Assembly: GCA_964016885.1 (NCBI GenBank)
Contig: OZ024740.1
Coordinates: 122,326,001-122,390,000 of the forward strand
Length of the DNA: 64,000 bases
Source of the DNA: Eledone cirrhosa
Lineage: Eukaryota
Direction: 5' to 3'
The position numbers and the translations under genes are program-made. Under the pieces are notes generated by a model that saw nothing but the letters and a program-made list of their open reading frames with translations, searched no databases and was not told the DNA's origin. Each line of letters opens with the position of its first letter. Positions within the stretch are counted from its first letter, which is position 1. Below are positions 54,225 to 64,000 of this stretch, in pieces.

Positions 54225-57200
54225 TTCTTTGAGTCTCAGTCATTGATGTTAGTTAACTGGAAAGTTTGTTGAAATGAATATCAAGCCACTACCTGCAGCC
54301 TCAGATATTCAGGATGTATCGGAGGGTCCTTGCTGTTCCCAGCAAGCATGCCTTTTGAAGCGTTCCAAAAAGCGTGGCGGGGCCAATTTTCTTTAACCAT
54401 CCCTGGAAACGTTTTTAGATAGTACCTAGTGCGCCTATGACAATCGGGACCACTTTGACTTCATGGCAAATCCAAATCCTTTTTACCTCCCACTTTATGT
54501 CCTGGTATCGGTTAATTTTCTCCCTCCCTTTCTCTTGCACTCTCGTGTCGAATTGGCAGGCCACATCCACAATCAGGCACGATCTTTTTTCTTTGACCAC
54601 AAAAACCAGGTCCGGTCTATTGTGTTCCAGTTTCTTGTCCGTCTGTATCCTAAAATCCCACAGCACCTTCACCTGATCGTTTTCTATCACCGACTCTGGC
54701 TTATGCTCATACCACTTCTCAGAATGTGGTAAATTGTTTACTTTGCATAGGGTCCAGTGGATCACCCTGCCCATTACATCATATTTCCAGCCCTTATAAT
54801 GAGTCTGGGCTAGGTGTTTACACTCGGATACAATGTGAGCCACAGTCTCCTCTCTCTTTCCACAGATCCTGCACAGTGGGCTAGCCTCCTCCTTGTAAAT
54901 ATCGTGTTTCAACCACTTCGTTTTGAGGGCCTGCTTCTGCGCAGCCATTAACATTGCTTCTGTAGCCTTTTTAAGGTCTCCGCCTTTCAACCAGTTCCAT
55001 ATCTGTGGATCTCTGAATTCAGTTTTCTCAATGAAGGTAGTATGAAGGGATTTTTCATGAAGGCTGCTATTTCTCCTTGTTATTTCCTCCTTGGACATCT
55101 CCTGGTCTATTGTCCTCTCCTTCAGTACAGTTCTGAGCATTGGCTCCTTACTATCAGTCACGTATTTGTGTAGGTTGTTTTTCTCCATCTGAACACAGTC
55201 CTCTATGCTGATAAGATCTCTTCCACCTTCAGATCGCCTTAAGTAGAGTCTATCGACATCACTCCTCTTGTAGAACATGTTGTAGATAGTCAATAGCTTC
55301 CTAGTCTTCCTATCCATTTCTTTTTGTTCAGCAATATTCCATTTCAGAATTCCCGCACTGTACCTAATAATAGACACAGCTCGGGAATTTACTGCACTTA
55401 TGGCATTCCTACTGTTCAGATGTGACTTTAATACGCTCCTTACTCTCCGAATGTATTCAGTTCTTATCAATTCCTTAATTTTTTTGTTCTTGATGTCATC
55501 AGCCTCCAGAACACCCAAATACTTGTATCCTTCTTCAGAGTCAATTTCCTTTATCATCTCACCTGTTGTTACCTGGATTCCGTTACTTCTGCTGAACTTA
55601 CCCGTCTTCATGACAATGACTCCACACTTACTAATACCAAATTGCATACATATATCAATGCTGAAAATACGGACAGTGTCAACAAGCACATCCAACTCCT
55701 TCTCACTCTTCCCGAAGAGCTTAAGATCGTCCATGAAGAGGAGGTGATAGGGAAGAAGACACACATGGTGGATAGAAGGTCATGAAATCGCTTCCGTAAG
55801 TTTTGATTTTTAACATATTTAAATCAATTGTGAAATAACAATTATTAGTTCAAATGATACATAAAGCATCCGGCTTAAGTCTCAGAAAAATTCGGAGCCA
55901 TCCCCCCGTTACCTTCGTTTAACTTACGAAAGGGGAAGGGGGCGGTATCTCTTGACAATATTAATAAAGAAGATTAATATTTAATTTTGGATCAGGAATG
56001 TTAGAGTCGAAAAGGAGAAAAATGACAAAATGACTAAATAACTAAAGATAATTTAACCACCAACACCACCACCACTACCACGATGAAAACTCTGGTCAAG
56101 TCGACTCAACCGCTATTTCTACTCCAACTTAAACACCATCACTACAGTACTATGATCACATCACCACCACCACTACCTCATTATCGCTACCGCCGCTATT
56201 CTCTCCCACTACCTCCTGCTAAATCGTAGTGCCCCCACTAAAAGAGGAAGGCATCAAAATATATAAATAGACTGAATTGATGACCCGGTCAAAATCAAAA
56301 AAACAAAAATCAAAATCAAAGCAGCACAGTAACAACGAAAAACGCAAAGAAAAGAAAAATGAAGAGAAAAACAAACAGACGGACAGAGAAGGGAAGGGAA
56401 AAACTGAGTCAGACATTCAAACATTACATTACAATGAAACTTATGCTTATTCATTTCTGGGGTTTTTTTTGCTTGTTTGTTTGTTTGTTTATTTATGTTC
56501 GTCTACAGCGTGATAATGCCACACAAAAATCACGTGGAGTGACGAAATCACCGGAGGTGATGAAATCACCGGTGGTTATGTAACCATACATTCGCCAATC
56601 CTCGATAAGAGTGTTTAAATGTCGAACCTAAACAGTTCGAATAACGGGAAATGGAGACTAGAATGCCACGTGACAGACTCTCACCCAACAGGTGCTCTGT
56701 GGCTCAGCAGCAGGGACCTGGCTGTCAACCAAATACTGCTGGTGTCGGAGGAAGAAGGAGAAGGAAAGGGACCAGAACCAACTGGACGAAAGAATTGAAT
56801 AGAAATGTTATGCAATGTTGCCTGAAGAGTAACCCCAAGGAGAAAGGCTTATGGAAACGGATGCATAACATCTGGAACGAGATTGGTCTATTTAAATTAG
56901 ATGAACAAAAATTGGCCGGGCAGGCTCGGGTAATAAGAACTAATGGGTGGATAAGCGAGCTGGAACTGGAGGAACTGAGCAGAGAGATTAGCTTGGAGAT
57001 GGAGAGTGGAGTATGCCAGGCAAACGAGACAGTGGGAAATGAAGGTGAAGAGATCGAGAGAACGGAGGAACCACCGGAAGCAGACAATGATCTGAATGCT
57101 GAGATAAATAATACCTGGAACAGAGATACGGCCACTGAGGAGATGAATGCTGACGGGCTAGGACAAGATTTGGTTGATATCCTAAACTTAGTGGTAGATG

Positions 57201-58578
57201 AATTGAACAATGATAGTGGGAGACCTATGAACCTAAGATTTGTAGACAGGAAAAAGTTAAAAGAAACAACAGCTAAGGTAAACAAAGTCATCCCATACCT
57301 TCAGGCGAGGAGCCTTCACCAGTGCAACAATATCCTCAAAGCAACAGCAAATACGGTGAGGAAACTACTTGGTATAAAAGCGAGAGGAAACAACAGACAA
57401 GAAAGCTCAGAGCCTTGGTGGAAGAAACGACTGAGTGGTCAAATCAGGGAAATGAGAAATGACATTGGAAAGCTTGAGTCCCTACTGAATGGGACACTAA
57501 AAAACATAGACACTAAAAATAGACTGGAAATAAAATTCAAAACAAGGTGGAAAAAGCTAAATATTATCATAGAGGAACTGAAGCAACGCATTGTAGCAAA
57601 GAGTGCAAAAATCAGGCGATACGAGAACAGAGTCAGTCAGTATAGACAGAACCGCATGTTGGACCAGACCAGAAGATGCTGTTTGGACAGCTTGAAGGGA
57701 AAGAAAGAGGAAATTACTTGATCCCTGAGGCGGAAGAAACTAAAACATTCTGGAGAGGAATATGGGAGCAGGATGTTAAACATAATGACCAGGCAGTGGG
57801 GATTGAGACAGTACAGAAGGAGATTAGTGAACAGGCACACCAACAAACTGATTTGAGTATCACAGTTGAAACTCTTAAAGGGCAAGCCAAAATACTAACC
57901 ACCTGGAAATCACCAGGACCAGATGGTGTGCAGGGGTATTGGATTAAAAATATAACATCCCTCCACCCGAAACTGACAACCATGTTCAATGACTGCTTGA
58001 TGTCAGGTGAGGTACCAGATTGGTACCACAGTTCTGATAATGAAAGACCGAATCAAAGGTAATGATGTGACCAACTATAGACCTATCACATGTCTGTCCG
58101 TAATGTGGAAACTGTTGACACGCATTATGTCTGAGGAAATCTACCATCACCTCCACACAAACAACTTGTTACCGGACGAACAGAAAGGATGCTGAAAGAA
58201 GTCACGTGGTAAAAGGACCAGTTACTTATTGATAAGATGGTAATGAGGAATTACAAGAGGAGACACACTGGTCTTGCCATGGGATGGATTGACTACAAAA
58301 AGGCATTTGACATGGTGCCTCATTCTTGGATCACCAAAAGCCTGGAGTTCTTCAAGGTGGCAGATAACATCAGACAGTTGTTGGGCAAAAGTATGAAGTC
58401 CTGGGAAACAGAGTTAACATGAACTGGAGAATCCTTGGGAAGCGTGAAGATCAAGTGAGGTATCTTCCAGGGAGATAGTCTACCCCTCTGTTGTTTGTCG
58501 TTGCCCTGATGCCCCTGACCAGTGTACTGCGAAAGGTGAGAGCAGGATACAGGTTGGGAAATGGAGGGCTTACCATCA
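54225..58578. mobile_element. Dong/R4 family B, full length with an inverted 5' part (3' part on minus 54225-55748; 5' part on plus 55748-58578)
   Basis: The plus part ends ...GGGCTTACCATCAAT and the minus part begins ATCACCTCCTCTTCATGGACG. These are contiguous in the copy at ~51200-51238. (TTA)n at both outer ends. Confidence 0.9.
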
Positions 58579-58610
<32 letters not shown>

Positions 58611-61419
58611 CGTTAATCACCCACTGCTTCTTGGGGATCCGAATACAGTGTAATATAAAATGTAGAATTCCACATCAGTGACCACGCCCATAAGCAACGA
58701 ATGTTGAAAACCATTAGTAACTAAATGTTACACACCAACAAACTATATATATATATAAACCAGCATGTTTTGGTCCAGGTGAGAAGGACTTTCCTCGCTA
58801 AATTGATATGATTCTTAATGTTCTTTGATTGTTATCCGCTATATGAATCATTATGATATGCTCCGAAGCAAATTGTCCACACCCGTGGTAACACCACTTG
58901 AGCAGTTAGAAAGTTGGCAATATCGATAATTCATGTTGGTTTCTGTGTTCTTCCTTTACTAGATTAGCTGTCTGAAATACGCATGTGTTGATATTTTATA
59001 GTAGTCAATCGGTTTCGTGCATTTCCAATCTATTATATATTGGTGGTTTTTCTTGCTGATAATAATGACCTCTTTGATTTTTAAATTTTCCACATTCCCT
59101 TCTATTTCCTCATGTCTTAGCAGCTGAATCTGTTAAAATGTTTTTTGAGAGAAGAAGTGTTCATCGTCATGTGCTCCTTGAGACATATGCGCAGCTTCTG
59201 GATGGTGATCTTGTAGTCAACATACGCAATTCATACATCTCACCTTTCATGACGCCCATTTATGTCGACGTTTAATGTATTTAATGCAACATAATTTTAG
59301 TGGAGCTAAATTGAAAAGGTTGCCAGCTTAATTAAGATGAAGTTGAGGCAATCGCTAACACTTAACTATAACAAGTCCTTAAATCCCTTATCCAGAAAAT
59401 GTTTATAATCTAGAGAATTCTCTTTCTTTGGAAAATATTGACGAAAACACATTTCCCCAACAGATTTAGGTAAAAGCCAAGGACACAAACCAAAATATTA
59501 CGAATGAAACGAAAAGGTGAAAGACGTGAATTATTCATCTGATGTAATTGTAATGCGTACATTTCATAACCCCAATAACCAGAGATAACAACTCGAAGAA
59601 TTATATAATCATTCATTATATACGCCTGCAAACATATGTGATGATTGTAAATAATACATAAAAGTATTCCTGAAGTTATTTTTCTTCCAGGAGATAACTT
59701 CAAAAACAATGAACCGTTGCGGTTGTCAGCCCCAATCAGATTTTTTTAAATTGGTTCTAAAATCACATATTCGGTATATGACTGCAAATTCCTTTGTAAA
59801 GTTTTGAACCTATGTTCAATCCAGTTTTTGGATTCTTCACTGTTGTGAGTTTATTTTTACTACGCTATGTGTCGTTTAATAATCTGTCTAATTGTGAAGT
59901 GAAAATAATGACTAGCTACATAATTTTGGAAAATTTAATACCAATCTTCTTACATCAATTAAATTTAATATATACTAATAGGAGAAATTGGCAATAAAAC
60001 TATTCCAAATAATGTTGATACGAAGATATTGCGCAGGCTTCCATGGCTTCCATGTCATCAATCCACAGATGAAATTATAAAATTCATTAAGCTCTTTTGC
60101 AACGGGTATTAATTGGGTCCGTTTGGTTAAAGCATGCCAGGTAGAAGATAGTTCTGACAGTGTTGATATTACATTAAGAAGTATGGTTAAAGAAATTAAA
60201 TACTATTATAACATTATATTAGTATTTGCTTACATAACTCCGTTATGTAAACATAGAAAGGTAAACCAAATTTATCGAAATTTAAATCCGAACATCTAAA
60301 ATTATGATATTAAAGGAATAACCTATTTTATTTCAAGGTATTTGTTTCGCTTTCCTACCAACTGACAGTGAAATTTTATAAACACCGTGTCCTCTGTTAC
60401 CAATTTATTGTGCTTCTGCCAGAAGCAGGGGAATTTCATATTAAGTAAGTGTTGTGTAAAAACCGTATTAAGGCTAGAGAAGCGGGAAGGCAGGCCATTA
60501 AATTGTTTCTATAACCTTATAATTTCCTATTGATCAGTCGCTAGATTTAATATACTCGGAAAGTGGAAAGATGTCAAGGAAATTACGCTGTACTTGACTG
60601 GTGACTACACAAAAACCGATGCAACATATATCACTAGAAGCTGAAGTGAAATTACTAGTTATAAAACGTCAGTAATGTTTATATGCTCATTGACGCTGCT
60701 CATCTATGAGTAAAATAGAATTTACATTCTTTTCTTGTTTACTACAGAAATATGAATGTATGGCGGTCATGCGTTCGTATCATATACACCAAGATGCCTG
60801 TCTTTATAAATGAAAGATCATGCTGGATACTGAGTGATGAATATATAAATGGGGATTTTAGCGTGGATGCTACAAAACGGCAATTGTCTTAGCATAGATC
60901 TTCGTAATGGATATGCTCGCGCGGAAAAGAAAGATATACGTATATTTCTGTTGATTGGGTTTTACAGCCTGAAATGTTTCAATCGTCCAGTCAAACCATT
61001 TGTCGGCTTAACTTTCAACCGCGGCACTTTATTTTCCTCGTTTTCTTGATTGTTCTTTCATATAGGAATGATGCAATTGTATGGTACAACAGTGCGCTTA
61101 AAATGGATTCATGAGAACACTTTAAAACTATTTACAAGTTATGCTCCTTGGGTACATGATGGTCAAATGTTGCTTGAATGAAGAAAAGCCCATAGTTTTT
61201 TTTCCAGTAGACAGGAACGTGTTGAATCCTGAGTGACCTTTATTGATCCGGAAAGAAAAAGAAAAAGAAAAACCAGAATATTTCTTGCATTGTGTTGGTG
61301 GGAATTGACTACCTTCATGTCTCCTGCTTTGCTAGCTTCCAACAAACATAGCAACGTGAAATGAAATAAGTAGCAGTCCACAATGACAGTCGATATAATC
61401 AAATATATGTTTCAATTAA

Positions 61420-62175
61420 TTTGGGATTCCAACTCGGTTACAGCTCTTTAAGTTTTGAGTTTAAATCCTGCCAAGGTAAGCTTTGCCATTCATCCTTGCG
61501 GGTTGCATAAAATAAAGCACCAGACAATTTAATAACTTTCTTCTCTCCCTAGATCGTTGGCATTGTGCCTAAATCAGAGACCGTCATTATTAGAGCACTA
61601 AACAAATTAAATTACTTAAAACAATTTAGGTGCGACTCTTTTTCGCATTGGGTTCAAATCTCACAGCCATCGGCTTTGATAGAGTTTTCCTATGGAAAAA
61701 TGACATGAAATATCAATAATATAATGGTGTCACTTCATCGCTATTACCATTATATATTTGGTGGCAGTATCGGTAGAGGGTCGGATGCCATGCTTTGAAG
61801 CAAAGAGTTACGGCCCTTTATGGTCTGGGTTCAAATCCCGCCGAGGTTAACTTTGCCTTTCATCCTTACGGGGTCGATAAAATAAAGTACCAGTAATACA
61901 CTGGGTTAATTGCTGGCCTTGTGCCAAAAGTAGAAACACTTATATCTTTGGAAATTGGAGACTCTTTGTGAATTAGGCAAAATTGGTAGAACATCGAACA
62001 CAAGGCCCAACGGTGTTTACGGATCTGAGGTCGAATATTGTTGATATCAACTTTGCCTTTCTTCCTTCCGGGATAAATAAAATAAATTACCATTCAGGTG
62101 CTGGAGAAGGTTTGATTTAATCAACTGTTCCCTCTGTCAACGTATCTAATATTGTGTCAATGTTAGAAATCAATA
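61420..62175 (+). mobile_element. Cluster of Meta/MESC-like SINE copies of different ages (best preserved 61760-61940)
   Basis: Same head, B box, GCCTTTCATCCTTACGGGGTCGATAAAATAAAGTACCAG and tail as the 49-kb copies. Confidence 0.8.
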
Positions 62176-62989
62176 TTGTGCCTTTATATTCTGTTGTATA
62201 TTCTAGTTCCAAGGTTCATCGATCGTCTTATTACAGGAGGAGTTTTTATTCAGATGATTTTTTTATCAGTAAACAACACTCACCGAATTTTTATCGGACC
62301 AATACTGACTGAAACAATTTCGTTATTGAGATTACTTTTCATAAAGTAGTTTAATAATAATGTTATTTCGTAACATTTTTAGGTATTGAACAATGTTGCA
62401 AATAGACTGAGTTTTCATGCTGAATAAACGTGAAATTTCCAAACGAAAATTTAATTTAAGATTAAAAGGAGCTTCAACTTCTATCTGTACGAGTTTCATT
62501 TGTTAAGTGTTACAGATCACAGATAATTAATTATTTGATCATTAATAACATTATATCCAATCACAATGTGTTTAATGCATTGCGTAACTATATTTTTCAT
62601 GAAAACTACATTATATAAAATAATTTTGTAACTATATTATTTTCAAACTAATTAACTATAGAATAATGTTATATAGAGAAGATATTTCAGATATAAAGAA
62701 TTGTCTTCCGAAGATATTTAATATATAAAGAATTGTCTTCCGAAAAGTTAATTTAGAAATAGACACAGTAAAACAAAACCTGTTGTTATACACTATCATA
62801 TTTTGTCAATTGGATATTGTTTTCTGTTTTCGATGTAAATACATTATTCTATGATGTCCTCCCTTCTAGCAAGTACATTTTTCACGTCACAAGCTTGATT
62901 TTCACGTGGCCCCAGAGCTTAAACAGGCTCCGGCCTACTGGATAGGTGAAGGCCTCTCTGTCACCCCCCCCCCCCCTGTAAACAATTAT

Positions 62990-63660
62990 AATGTACCTGG
63001 GACGACATCAAATGTAAACCTTCTTTCAGGCAGATCGAATTTGACTTGACCAATACCACATTCGCTTGCCTGCGCTCAGTTTCACAGCCAAAGAGCGGCG
63101 CGTGACTCAATTCGGTGCCTTCCTCATCAACCGGTACACTTCTTCACACAGAATGGAATTTATTTGGCTCACACACACTCTGAGTATGTGAGCCACGGAA
63201 ATGGCGTAGCGGGCCGGTGGTTGACAAGTTTGGCCTGTACCTACTATCAGCGCGCAGGCCGGTTCCCACGCCATGCCGCTCGCAACGACATATTGAGAAG
63301 AAGCCTGGACCCTCCCTGCTTTTCATCTCAACTGGAGCCAGCAGGCCTTGATCACGAGACGGCAAGCACCCCCGATACAATTACCCTCTTCCCATTCGAA
63401 GAGGGTAAATACCTCATCTGGGACGCTATATATTATGACACATTCTCCGCCTCAAACCTAGTCACTTCCGCCACAAAACCCGGTACTGCGGTCCACAATG
63501 CAGATGAAAGGAAGATAAATAAATACCGGTGATTGTCCGGCAGCTCCCCCTTCCTACCAGTCACCGTCGATACCTCATGCGTATTTGGTCTCTGTACAAC
63601 CGAGCTCCTCCACAAGGTCGGAACGTCAGCGTGTCACTGGCATTGTCTACGGGAATGTGA
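62990..63660 (+). pseudogene. CRE-type non-LTR retrotransposon C-terminal fragment (zinc finger remnant plus RLE)
   Basis: LAC...GRFPRHAARNDIL.R.L...LEP.GL....PD.ITLFPF..GK.LIWDA...DT...A.ERK..KY..L...F.PV.V.T..VFG. Confidence 0.75.
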
Positions 63661-64000
63661 CCTAGGACACAGAGCCAATCCCCCCCCCCCCATCCATCCT
63701 CATTCTTCTGTGACACTAGAACTCTTGCCTTTCCTTTCCTTTTCCGTTTTTATATTTTCTTATTTTACATTCCACTTTTTCTTCTCAATCCTTTTTTTGT
63801 TTTTGCCATATTGTTCATTGTCTCATAAAACAGCAAAATTGATCTTTGGTCCGAACCTTCTGAAAGGCTGCAGTATACGATAAACTGCAGAGAAATTCTA
63901 TGCTACGTGAAATGTAAATTATCAAGATTAAAATGTATTTATACTATTTCTATGAAGGAGCCATTTTATCAAACAATAAAGAATACCTATAATTAAACCT

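Noticed and set aside
54415-55764. 449-aa ORF as an independent gene
   Set aside because: It is the 3' half of the Dong element, and its apparent start arises from the inversion junction.
45500-62900. Host gene exons in the non-repetitive stretches (45.5-48.8 kb and 58.6-62.9 kb)
   Set aside because: Only short ORFs with no recognisable domains or consistent splice chain. Small exons cannot be excluded without RNA-seq.

Overview
AT-rich eukaryotic DNA full of microsatellites and made up almost entirely of transposable elements. An octopus/cephalopod origin is inferred from the repeat and SINE make-up, not proven. No host gene can be supported. Recognisable elements: a near-intact Penelope-like element (PLE; RT plus C-terminal GIY-YIG, Hydra-clade-like) in partial-tandem plus inverted arrangement (34.2-40.0 kb); a decayed Tx1/L1 LINE; several Dong/R4-type RT+RLE LINEs in (TAA)n, one full-length with a twin-priming-like 5' inversion; a CRE-type fragment; Tc1 and mariner relics; a non-autonomous Helitron; and tRNA-derived SINEs. 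The main hidden signal is a set of minimal type I hammerhead ribozymes (CUGANGA...GAAA, palindromic stem III, UH) in about ten otherwise dissimilar units. The best example is a near-perfect 310-bp tandem array with six ribozyme copies (42.6-44.5 kb), which looks like a non-LTR retrozyme. Many of these units sit in (TA)n as foldbacks with an asymmetric 3' tail, the same geometry as the autonomous PLE, suggesting a PLE-driven population of ribozyme/circRNA parasites. All folds were derived by eye, and most element boundaries are approximate.
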